DNA of 64,000 nucleotides. Source: Chiloscyllium plagiosum. Its lineage: Eukaryota. The notes beneath the pieces were generated by a model. The model made no database searches. It saw only the letters and a program-made list of their open reading frames with translations, and had not been told where the DNA came from. The stretch is from assembly GCF_004010195.1 (NCBI RefSeq), contig NC_057719.1, positions 90,039,603-90,103,602 of the forward strand, written 5' to 3'. How positions within the stretch are numbered: the first letter of the stretch is position 1; each line of letters opens with the position of its first letter. The position numbers were made by a program, and so were the translations under genes. Of the stretch, positions 13,660-24,877 are shown piece by piece.

Positions 13660-14100
13660 AAAATTTATTTATGGGATGTGGGCAGCATTTATCGCCCATC
13701 CTTAATTGTGCTGGAGAAGGCAGTAGTGAGCTTCCTTCTTCAACTGCTGCTGTGATTTGGTGTAGCTAAACATGCAGTGCTGTTAGAGAGCTCCAGGTTT
13801 TTGACCCAGCGACAGGAATAGTGATATATTTCCAAGTCAGAATGGCAAGAGGCTCGAAGGTAGTGGTGTTCCAATGTATCTGCTGTCCTTGTCCTTTTGG
13901 GTGGTAGAGGATAGTGTTTGGAAGCTACTGCTGAAAGAGGGTAGATGATTTGCTGCTGTGCATCTTTGCAATTGGTACACACTGCTGCTACAGCACGTTA
14001 GTGGATATTGAAGGAAGTGGATAGGGTGATAATCTAGATGGGATCCTTTGTCCTAGATGATGGCGAGCTTCATGAGTTGGAGCTGCAATCACCTATGTAA
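13660..14100 (-). mobile_element. L2/CR1-like LINE 3' fragment
   Basis: Similar to copies at 30480-30810, 38975-39400 and 60480-61050. Confidence 0.6.
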
Positions 14101-14121
14101 ATGGGGAGCATTTCATTGCAT

Positions 14122-14337
14122 GAGGAGAAAGTGAGGTCTGCAGATGCTGGAGATCAGAGCTGGAAATGTGTTGCTGGAAAAGCGCAACAGGTCAGGCAGC
14201 ATCCAGGGAACAGGAGAATCGACGTTTCGGGCATAAGCCCTTCTTTCCTGAAGAAGGGCTTATGCCCGAAACGTCGATTCTCCTGTTCCCTGGATGCTGC
14301 CTGACCTGCTGCGCTTTTCCAGTAACACATTTACAGC
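14122..14337. mobile_element. Palindromic PLE-derived mini-element with hammerhead core
   Basis: Inverted arms; TSD agcatttcattgcat at 14107-14121 and 14335-14349; + strand core CTGAAGA-A-GGGC-TTAT-GCCC-GAAA-CGTC at 14248-14275. Confidence 0.88.
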
Positions 14338-14574
14338 ATTTCATTGCATATCTCTCTTGGATCTTGTGGTTAGATACATAAATAAAACCAAGAACTATGG
14401 ATGCTGGATATCTGGAACCAAAGTAAATTGCTGGCAAAACGCAACAGGCCGGGAAGACAGTTAATGTTTCACTGGACTCAAAACAACTCTGCTTTCTTCC
14501 CCCAGATAGCTGTCAGACCTGCTGAGTTTTGCCAGCAATTTCTATTTTTGTATCAAATGGCGGACAGACTTTTT

Positions 14575-14900
14575 AGATTAGATTAGATTAGATTAGATTA
14601 CTTACAGTGTGGAAACAGGCCCTTCGGCCCAACAAGTCCACACCGCCCCGCCGAAGCGCAACCCACCCATACCCCTACATTTACCCCTTACCTAACACTA
14701 CGGGCAATTTAGCATGGCCAATTCACCTGACCTGCACATCTTTGGACTGTGGGAGGAAACCGGAGCACCCGGAGGAAACCCACGCAGACACGGGGAGAAC
14801 GTGCAAACTCCACACAGTCAGTCGCCTGAGGCGGGAATTGAACCCGGGTCTCAGGCGCTGTGAGGCAGCAGTGCTAACCACTGTGCCACCGTGCCGCCCA
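14575..14900 (-). mobile_element. HE1-type V-SINE, young, (TTAGA)n tail
   Basis: Near-identical to 7040-7337. Confidence 0.92.
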
Positions 14901-14984
14901 TAAAGTCAGGCGGAGAGTCAGGAGATGAAATATTTGCTGCAGGATTCTTAGCCTCTGACCTGCTCTTGTAACCACTGTTTATGT

Positions 14985-17900
14985 TGTAGAGTCATAGAGA
15001 TATGCAGCATGGAAAAAGGCCGAGTCAAAAACAACTACTTAGATATTCTGATCCCTTTTCCTGCAATTGGCCAATAGTCTTATATGCTTTGGCATCACAA
15101 GTGTGTCATAGAGTCATAGATTTATCTAAATACTTCTCAGATGTTCTGAGGGTTTCTACCTCCACCACTCTTCCAGATTCCCACCATCCTCAGGGTGAAC
15201 AAGTTTTTCCTCACATCTAGTAAACCTGCTTACCTTTACTTTAAATCTGTGCCTCTGGTCATTGATCCCTCATCAAGGGGAAATGTTCTCCCTGTCTCTA
15301 TCTATGTCCAGCATACTTTGATATCTTTCAAGCATGTTCCCCCTCAATCTCATCTGCGCCAAGGAAAACAATCCTAGTCTGTCCAATCTTCCTTCATAAC
15401 TGAAACTCTCTAGCCCAGGCAAATCCTGGTAAATCTCCTCTGCACTCTCCCTAGTGCTATCTCATCCCTCCTATAATGTGGATTCGAGAAGCGCACACAG
15501 TACTCCAGCTGAGGCCTAGCCAAAGTTTTATACAGTTTCAGCATTGACTCCCTGCGCTTAAACCCTATGCCTTGGCTAATAAAGACAAGTATCCCATATA
15601 CTTCCTTAACCAGTTCATCCACCTGCCTTGATATCTTAAGGATATGGACTGGATGCACACTAAGGTCCGTCTGATCCTCTGTGCTTCCCAGGTCCTACTA
15701 TCCATCATGTATTCCCGTACCTTATTTGTTCTACTCAAGCGCAACAACTGACTTGCTACTAATCAGTCCATCTGACCAGCCCATCTACATCCACTTGTAA
15801 GGGTCTCCCCTCTATTTACCCATCCCATCAAATTTTCTATTGTCGACAAACTTACTGATCAAGTCTCCTACATTCAAGTCTAAATTGTTTCTATAAACCA
15901 CAACGCTGACCTCTGTGGGACCCTACTGGACACAGACTTCCAGTTGGAAAAATACCCCTTTACCATCACCCTCCAATTTCTGCCACTCAGCCAATTGAGG
16001 ATGCAATTCACGAAATATCCTTGGGCTATGTCTCCCATACAGAATCTTTTGAAATCCAAGTAGACAATGCCAAAAACATAATCCTTATCTACACAACTTG
16101 TCACCTTGTTGATAAGTTCAATCACCTCCTTGACAAAACCATGTTGACTGTTCTTGATTAATCCCTGCCTCTCTAAAGTAGATTAATTCTCCCTCAGAAT
16201 TGCTTCCAACAGTTTCCCACCACCGTGGTTAGACTGACTGGCCTGTCGTTTTGCTGGTTTGTCCCTTGAATAACTGTACAACATTGGCTGTCCTCCAGTC
16301 CTGTGGCCAGGGAATAATTGAAACCTTTTGCCATCTCCCCCTACTATTTCTTCCTTCTCACTCATGAACATCGATCCAAAGTATTCATTTAGACTGTGAT
16401 CCTGAATGGGCCCTATGCTTTCCCTTGTTATCATTTTAACTTTTATGCTTATAAAACAACTTAGGATTTTCCTTTTATTTTACTTGCCAGTATCCTTTCG
16501 TTCTCCTAAGCCCCCCTTTAAAATTCCTCTTGCACATTCAAATTCCTGTTGGGCTTCTGCTGATTTGAGCCCTCTGATCTGTGACAAGCCTCACTTTTTT
16601 TCTGAATCCAATACTGTATATCCTTTGCTATCCAGGATTCAGAAAATGTTATGGTCCCACCCCTTGTTTTTTGGAACATATTGGTGCTGTTTCTCCACAC
16701 TTTGTTCTTGAATGCATCCCCTAGTTCTGAGACAGATTTATTCAAAAGTATCTGCTGTTAGTCCACTCTGGCCAAATCACATCTGATTTTATTAAAATCA
16801 GCTTTCCTCAGTTCGATTACTTTACTTACAATATGGAAACAGGCCCATTGGCCCAACACGTCCACACCGAGCTGCTGAAGCGCAACTCACCCAGACCCAT
16901 TCCCCTACATTTACCCCATCACCTAACACTACGGGCAATTTAGAATGGCCAATTCACCTAACCTGCACATCTTTGGACTGTGGGAGGAAACCGGAGCACC
17001 TAGAGGAAACCCACACAGACACGGGGAGAACGTGCAAACTCCACGCAGTCAGTTACCTGAGGCGGGAATTGAACCCGGGTCTCTGGCGCTGTGAGGCAGC
17101 AGTGCTAACCACTGTGCCGCCCACTTGAGAATTTTGATTTCAAGCTCAGCCCTGTCCTTTTCTGTTGCAGTCCTGAAACTAATAGAGTTATGATCTCTGT
17201 TTGCAAAATGTTTTTCCACTCATGTTCCAACCATTTGCCCAGCTTCATTACCTAAAATTATGTCCAGGATTACTCCCTTTCTTGTAGGACTTTCTGTGTA
17301 CTGGCCTTAAAAGTTGTTCTGGATGCATTTTAAGAATTCCACTCCCACCAAACTTTTACACCATGACCACTCCTTTTAATATTGGGGAAGGATTAGTTTA
17401 GACTGTGATCCTTAATGGGCCCTATGCTGTCCCTTGTTATCATTTTAACCTTAATGCTTGTAAAACAACTTAGGATTTTCCTTTATTTTACTTGCCGGTG
17501 TCCTTTCATACTCCTTTTTTCCTCTCCTAATCCCCCTTTAAACTTCCTCACCTACTAACATTACCCTGTTATTTTTCTCCTCGCTCAACTTTTCCTCCAA
17601 CTCTATCTCACATAAGGGTGCAAAGTCCAACTGTGAATCTGCATTCTAGTGATCAAGTCGTACAGCATAGAAACGGGTCTTTTGGTTGCCATGCTTGTAC
17701 TAACCAACTAACTCTAAATTACACCAATCCTATTTATGTACATTTGGTCTATAGTTTGCTGTGCCCTGGCATTTTAAGTACTCATCCCAAATGCTTCTTA
17801 AATGTTGCGAGAGTACCTGCAACCACCACCTTCTCAAGCATGCCTTCCATATTTTTACCTCCCTCTGGATGAAAAATCTTTCCCTCAGATCTCTAAACTA

Positions 17901-18310
17901 CTTCATCCTCACCTTAAACTTGCGCCCTGTGGTCTTAGACATGTCTGCCGTAGGAAAGAGATTCTCACAATCTACTTTATCGATGCACCTCTTAATTTTG
18001 TATACGTAACTTAGATTCCCCCCTCAATCTCCTCTACTCCAGGGAAAACAAACACAGCCTATCCAATCTGTCTGCATAACTCAGACTTTTCATCCTGAGT
18101 AACATCCTGCTGTATCGTCTCTGCACCCTCACCAGTGCAATTGTGTCCTTCTGATCAGAACTGCAGCAAGACTTCCTTGCTCTTGTATTCTTCACCCTAG
18201 CTAATGAAGGCAAGCACCCATATCCTTTCTTCACCATCCTGTCTACCTGCGTGGATCCTTCAGGGATCTATGGATTTGGACACCAATGTCCTTTTGTTCT
18301 CCAGTACTCC
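14985..18310 (-). mobile_element. Decayed CR1 LINE fragments; V-SINE inserted at ~16830-17123
   Basis: KLYKTLARPQLEYCVRF, IVYLDFK and LVRVQRRYSRML remnants on - strand. Confidence 0.75.
16830..17123 (-). mobile_element. HE1-type V-SINE
   Basis: V-domain and tRNA-like head. Confidence 0.9.
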
Positions 18311-18319
18311 CTCGGGACC

Positions 18320-19152
18320 GTTCCGCAAAGACCGTTCCCTCCGTGACTACCTGGTCAGGTCCACGCCCCCCTATGACCCACCCTCCCATCCTGGCACTTT
18401 CCCCTGCCACCGCAAGAACTGTAAAACCTGTGCCCACACCTCCTCCCTCACCTCCATCCAAGGCCCTAAAGGAGCCTTCCACATCCATCAAAGTTTTACC
18501 TGCACATCCACTAATATCATTTATTGTATCCGTTGCTCCCCATGTGGTCTCCTCTACATTGGGGAGACTGGACGCCTCCTAGCAGAGCACTTTAGGGAAC
18601 ATCTCCGAGACACCCACACCAATCAACCAAATCGCCCCGTGGCTCAACATTTCAACTCCCCCTCCCACTCTGCCGAGGACATGGAGGTCCTGGGCCTCCC
18701 CCACCGCCGCTCCCTCACCACCAGACGCCTGGAAGAAGAACGCCTCATCTTCCGCCTCAGAACACTTCAACCCCAGGGCATCAACGTAGACTTTAACAGC
18801 TTCCTCATTTCCCCTTCCCCCACCTCATCCTAGCTTCGATCCCCTGACCTGTCCGGACTTGTCCGACCTGCCCAGCTCCTTCTCCACCTATCCACTCCAC
18901 CCTCTCCTCCCTGACCTATCACCTTCATCTCCTTCCCCACTGACCTATTGTACTCTATGCCACTCTCTCCCCACCCCCACCCTCCTCTAGCTTATCTCTC
19001 CACGCTTCAGGCTCTCTGCCTTTATTCCTGATGAAGGGCTTTTGCCCGAAACGTCGATTTTGCCTGTCCTCGGATGCTGCCTGAATTGCTGTGCTCTTCC
19101 AGCACCACTAATCCAGAATCTGGTTTCCAGCATCTGCAGTCATTGTTTTTAC
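18320..19152 (+). mobile_element. 5'-truncated Penelope-like element: GIY-YIG endonuclease and terminal repeat with hammerhead core
   Basis: PGTFPCHRKNCKTC...NIIYCIRCSPCGLLYIGETGR...EHLR...VAQHFN...RRLEEERLIFRLRTLQPQGIN. TSD ctccct(c/t)gggacc at 18307-18319 and 19153-19165. Confidence 0.92.
19028..19055 (+). ncRNA. Minimal hammerhead ribozyme core (PLE-associated)
   Basis: CTGATGA-A-GGGC-TTTT-GCCC-GAAA-C-GTC. Palindromic ACGT replaces stem III; predicted cut after C19055. Stem I is weak and there is one extra A versus the canonical core. Confidence 0.7.
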
Positions 19153-19870
19153 CTCCCTTGGGACCTGCCATTCATTGTGTAAATTCTTTCCTTAATGGAC
19201 CTCCTAAAATCCACTATTGTTATTCCTTTCCATAATGACTTTAAAGGGCCACTATCCCTAAAATGTTTGCCCACTGCCATTTCAGCCACTTGACTGACTT
19301 CATTCCCGAGGACCTAGGTCTAGCACTGCCTCATCTCTAGTAGGACTATCTTTGAACAGGCACTAAAAGCGCTACTGAATGTACATTAAAAATTCCACCC
19401 TGTCGAACCCTTTCAAACAACGATAATGTTAGCAAATTTCAAACCTCCTGCTACTATAATCCTATTCCTAACACAGCTCTGAATTTGTATACAAACCTGC
19501 TTCTGTATCTCCCTCTGACTGTTGGGAGGACTGGAATGTAATCCCAGAAAAGTGATTGCCCTCTTTTATTTTATTTTTAAGCTCAGTTGCAGCTTTCTTG
19601 AGTTTCTGGTCATAATTTAGACACAATATTTGTTGCAGACTATCTCCTAGGTCATCTGTGAAAACTCATAATAAACAAGGTTAAATTACTTAACAGCTTG
19701 GAACTTGTACTGTTCTCTTTAACGAGATGCTACCAAGTATTGCAATATAATTCACCTTTAAATCAGAAGCTCATAGCTATGATTCCTAAATAGCTTATGA
19801 TTCATAGTTTGTGATTCCTAAAGGCGGTGGGAGTCAAGAGCATCATATCCATAATTATTCTGAGTGGTGG

Positions 19871-20073
19871 AGAAAGTGAGGACTGCAGATGCTGGAGATC
19901 AGAGCTGAAAATGTGTTGCTGGAAAAGCGCAGCAGGTCAGGCAGCATCCAAGGAGCAGGAGAATCGACGTTTCGGGCATAAGCCCTTCTTCAGGCTTATG
20001 CCCGAAACGTCGATTCTCCTGTTCCTTGGATGCTGCCTGACCTGCTGCGCTTTTCCAGCAACACATTTTCAGC
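19871..20073. mobile_element. Palindromic PLE-derived mini-element with hammerhead core
   Basis: ~82-bp arms with one mismatch; perfect TSD ttattctgagtggtgg at 19855-19870 and 20074-20089; intact core on - strand at 19966-19993. Confidence 0.9.
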
Positions 20074-21016
20074 TTATTCTGAGTGGTGGCTGGCCTTGTT
20101 CTAGTCTCCACACCGAGTCAGTGAAACCAAGTAGGCCTAGCTACACTCCGATGTGAAATTGCCATCTTTGCTTATATTGTTCATATTCCTTAGCGTAAAT
20201 GCTAATCTGGGCTGTGATGTATATGCATGTTAACATTTTGGGAGGTGGATAATTTTGATTCTCTTCATTATATTGCCTAAATTACTAGTTTTCTTCTATC
20301 TGGATTCTGAATGATTTCCACTGTTTGACAATCAGGACTGACACAATTTGGTCAAGTCGATCAGTTGCTGAGGCCCACTTTATGCTCTAATTCCAGTCTG
20401 AGTGCCAACTATGCACTAACTGAGGGTTTACCTCACTTTTCACCGCTTTTGTCTGGTTGAGTTTGAGCTATGTATACTAATTGGTCCAAGGAGAGTTCTG
20501 ATGGTGGTTGAGTTTGGGGTGATTCAGTTCATCAGTGCAGGATTTGTTGCTGCAGGATTGAATTGATACCTTGGCCTTTGACTCTGCTACTTTGGAGAGT
20601 TGGGGCCAGGTTTACCATTTGACATGTTTGGCAAATTATCATTAAGTATTTAATTAAACTTAAATTTAAATGTTTGTAAATGAATAAAACCTCTATGATG
20701 AAACAACAAGCCCCACACACCCATCAGTGATGAGGGCATGCAGCACTGTAATTTAATACTTCCATTCTTGTATCCATTTTCTCTCCATCTCTCATTACCT
20801 CCAATCTTTCAATGCTCTAAATTCCTTGCACCCCTTCAATTCTGACCTCTTGCAAATCCCCAACTTGACCTCAGTGGTGATACCTTCATCTGTAGAGACT
20901 GAGAACTCTTCGAGCCTTCTCCCTGTCTCTCTCTGTCCTTTTCTAACATTCTTTAAAGCTTTTCATCACCTGTCCTAGTGTACTGGTGATTCTGTACATC
21001 GTCCCCTCCCCTTAAC

Positions 21017-21512
21017 CTTGTTAACCCATTACCCTTGACTCCAGCACCCCATTGTTAACTCTAAGTTCTTATCTGATCTAAGTCATGCTCAGCTGAACCC
21101 CTTGTTTCACAAAACTCTTTTCCTGCCTGCTTACACATTCTCAATTTTACAAGGAGGAGCATTTAGATAATGCAACATGCATATTGATTGGGTGACCGTT
21201 ACAATCAGTGAGTATCAACGGTCAAGATTAAGCCAACTGCTGTTACACAATAAATGTTCTTAACCTTAACTGGCTTCACATAATGAATACTTTTCACCTT
21301 GTTAAACTGACCTTACATACTGAATGCTTCCAATATTGTTAAATGGCTCTGCATAATGACTGCTTTTCCACCTTGTTAGCCCACTACCCTTGCCTCCAAC
21401 ACCCCACTGTTAACTGGAAGTTCTTATCTGATCTGAGTCATGCTCAGCTGAACCACTTGTTTCATAAAACTTAACTCTTTCCCTGCCTGCTTATACCCTA
21501 TACATATTCTCA
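21017..21512. repeat. ~130-bp direct repeat pair (21017-21143 and 21371-21512)
   Basis: Both copies contain aagttcttatctgatct(a/g)agtcatgctcagctgaacc(c/a)cttgtttca...cctgcctgctta. Confidence 0.85.
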
Positions 21513-22000
21513 TGTAGAACTCTCTACCCCAGAGGTCTATGGAAACTCAATCATTGATCAGGTTCCAGACAGATGGCATGCAGGGATATGGAAATAACGC
21601 AGGCAAATGATGGTGAAGTAGGTGATCAGACATGATTGTGAATGACAGCAGACTTGATGGGATGAGTGGTCTATTCCTCATTTTATCCCTATGACTCAAC
21701 ATCAAATTTTATCTGATGTGAAAATCTAGAGGTTGTTTATTAACCAATATAACATATAAATATGCTGTATAAATGCATGTTGATGTAAGAAGTGTTAGAT
21801 TTACATAATGAGCAAATTACAGCATTGTCCTTAATTTCAATTGCAGTCTTATCCTTTGATCTGGACATGATGTTGACTTAATAAAAGCAAGTTTTACTGC
21901 CTAATTGTTGGTTTCTCCTGTGCAAAGTTCAGTGGCAAACAGCTGTCCTGTTCTCTAACAAGACCTGCCTTGCTATAGACCCTGGCAGGACTGTTCGGAA

Positions 22001-22084
22001 ATGGACAGTGTTGATGAAAATGAGTGTGTTCCCTTGCTGATGTTCAAAGAGGCCATGTCCATCGAGACTGTCAGAGCTGTGCAG
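22001..22084 (+). CDS. Candidate alternative first coding exon of PSEN1 (MDSVDENECVPLLMFKEAMSIETVRAVQ)
   Basis: Non-repetitive sequence with strong Kozak context (gaaATGG). Phase-0 donor CAG|GTAGGA is compatible with exon 25746; candidate acceptor at 21927. No transcript evidence is available. Confidence 0.45.
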
Positions 22085-22604
22085 GTAGGAATCTGCTCCT
22101 GGCTGAGACCAGGTGGCAGTATGGATTACATTGGCCCCTGTGCCTGATGTACTGGATATTCAGGCAGCTTTGTTGCTTCACACAAACAAGACACATACCT
22201 CCTGGAACCTCAACAAACAGGAGAAAGCTGTTTATTCAGAAGGAGAAATTTCCAAAGTGACATTGTAATTTTAGAGTTGAGCAGGAGCTGAACAACCTAA
22301 TGTCAGTTATTAGTGTGTACGTGTGGCTGTTAGTAGTGAGGATGATTTTTTTTGTAGGAAATACAGCTGAAAGTGAGAGCTAAACAGGTCTGCCACAATC
22401 TGGATTGATTTATGGACTTGTATTGGTGGTGAAAATATTTGTAAACGATTAAACTTTTTGAGCAATTCTTCGAAATGTGATGTTGTCTGTTTTTCCATTC
22501 GTTCTATTCGTCCATCCCTACTCTCAAGACTTTGGAAAGGGGCAGCACCCTTTATTTGATTTGTATATTGACACTTTTTTTATTTATCCTCCCCTGACCC
22601 CACA

Positions 22605-22950
22605 AAGGCAGCACAATGACTCAGTGGCTAGCACTGCTGCCTCACAGCGCCAGGGACCCAGGTTCGATTCCAGCCTCAGGTGACTATCTGTGTGAAATTT
22701 GCACATTCTCCTCGTGTCTGTGTGGGTTTCCTCCAGGTGCTCCGGTTTCCTCCCACAGTCCAGAGATGTGCAGGTTAGGTGAATTGGCCATTCTAAATTG
22801 TGCATAGTGTTCAAGGGTATGTCGGTTAGGTGCATTATTCACGGGAAGTGTAAAGTAATAGGGTTGGGGAATGGATCTGGGTGGGTTATTTTTCAGCGGG
22901 TCAGTGTGGACTTGTTGGGCCAAATGGTTTGTAGGGATTCTATGATTCCA
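22605..22950 (+). mobile_element. HE1-type V-SINE
   Basis: Head cagtggctagcactgctgcctcacagcgccagggacccaggttcgattcc, plus V-domain. Confidence 0.9.
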
Positions 22951-23983
22951 TGATCTTAAAATCTTGTATGATTCAGTTGTCAGGCGTCCATGCATTTTAG
23001 ATTTGGAAAGTTCCACATTTGCACTACCTTCTGGGTGGATCCCTGATTTCAGTCCTGAACGGCCTAATGCTTTTCCTGATTCTGATTTTCCCCAAACCAC
23101 TCTGTGAAATCTTATTTAATCATTCTGAAGAGCTGTCCTGCCACCCCACTAACTGTCTCAAATCAAGGTTGTACAAATCAGAGATATAATCCTTACAGAT
23201 ATCTTAAATGAAAATCTCTTGGTATTTTAGTGGTTAAGTACATTAGTAAACAACACAGACCAACAGTTCCCAGCTTTAATACACATTCTAAACCGGATTT
23301 CAGCAGGAACTGACCATTGGGGCAACATCCATGACTTCAGATGCCTGGAGCTATATGCATATAGATATAGCTTATAAGTTAACTAGGTTAAAAGTTTGTA
23401 TAACATTGCTCTTTAATGGGACTGAAATGTCACTGCTCAGTAATCTCACTCAAGGACAAATTCAATTTCAATCCTGATTAGACTTTGGAACTTTAAAAGC
23501 TTTTATTATTGCCATATCCAGCTGCACACTTTTAAATGGCAGAGGAGATAAATATTGCAATAAAACCTCACTTGTCCGAAAAGTGAATACGTGGGTGTTA
23601 CACAGGAGGAAAGAGAGAAAACAGGATACTCAGGGATGTTGAGTCTTCTCAATTCTTTTTACTGTAACTGTTTCTCATAAACAGATGCAACCTTTTTTTT
23701 GCTGGAAATTTCATTTTTTTTGGCGTTTGCTATTTTCACTAATAATGGAACAGTCCAGTTAGTTACAGAGGATGTGACTTGTTACAAAAGTGATAGATTG
23801 TGTCCCCTCATTCGGGCCTGATTTAAAATGATAGTTTCTTGATTGCCAAGGTAAAGGTTTCGTGAAAATTAGACACCCAATGTCATGGTGCGAACAGAAT
23901 TACTGGGCAATTGAATTGTGACATTAAATTGGGAACACATTGCACATTTTCTTAAGGATAAGACTTGTAGATTAAAACATTAT

Positions 23984-24877
23984 GGATGTAAGTTTGCTCG
24001 CTGAGCTTGAAGGTTCGTTTTCAGATGTTTTATCACCATACTAGGTTACATCTTCAATGAGCCTCCGGTGAAGCACTAGTGTTATGTCCTGATTTGTTAT
24101 TATGTGTTTAGGTTTCTTTGGGTTGGTGATGTAATTTCCGGTACTTTTTCTCAGACGGTGGTAAATGGGGTCCAAGTCGATGTTTGTTGATGGAGTTTTG
24201 CGGTTGGAATGCCATGCTTCTAAGAATTCTTGTGCATGTCTCTGTTTGGCTTGTCCTAGGATGGATGTGTTGTCCCAGTCAAATTGTGTCCTTCCTCATC
24301 TGTATGTAAAGATACTAGTGATACTGGGTCATGTATTTTTGTGGCTAGTCGATGTTCATGTATCCTGGTGGCTAGTTTTCTGCCTGTTTGTCCAATGTAG
24401 TGTTTGTTACAGTTCTTGCACATATTTTGTAAATGACATTAGTTTTGCTTGTTGTCTGTATTGGGTCTTTCAAGTACATTAGCTGCTGTTTTAGTGTGTT
24501 GGTGGGTTTGTGGGCTACCATAATGCCAAGAGGTCTGAGTAGTCTAGCAGTCATTTCCGCGATGTCTTTGATGTAGGGGAGAGTGGCTAGGGCTTCTGGG
24601 TGGATTTTGTCTGCTTGTTTGGGTTTGTTGCTGAAAAATCAGTGGACTGTGTTCATTGGGTACCCGTTCTTTTTGAATATGCTGTATAGGTGATTTTCCT
24701 CCGCTCCTCATAGTTCCTCTGTGCTGCAGTGTGTGGTGGCTCATTGAAATAATGTTCTAATGAGCTTCGTTTGTGGGTGTTGGGATGGTGAAGAAACATC
24801 TGAAAATGAACCTTCCAGCTCAGCGAGTAAACTTACATTCAGAACCTCAACCTGACTTACTAATCTTCTCAAAACTC
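23984..24877 (-). mobile_element. Penelope-like element (second family), 5'-truncated, with inverted terminal repeat
   Basis: Minus-strand IFKKNGYP, TARLLRPLGIMVAHKPTNTLKQQL...KDP...TNVIYKI. Inverted copies of ctcagcgag(c/t)aaacttacat at both ends. TSD attaaaaca(t/c)tat at 23971-23983 and 24878-24890. Confidence 0.88.

Noticed and set aside
14607..14903. Recurrent ORFs containing LDCGRKPEHPEETHADTGR
   Set aside because: Translations of V-SINE sequence, not genes.
18204..18833. 209-aa ORF as a domesticated nuclease gene
   Set aside because: The N-terminus is antisense CR1 sequence fused by chance to a 5'-truncated PLE bounded by a TSD; the open frame reflects a young insertion.
19871..20073. 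Palindromes as classical DNA-transposon MITEs
   Set aside because: The arms are asymmetric, TSDs are long and variable (10-16 bp), and the sequence matches the 3' end of GIY-YIG PLEs in this window.
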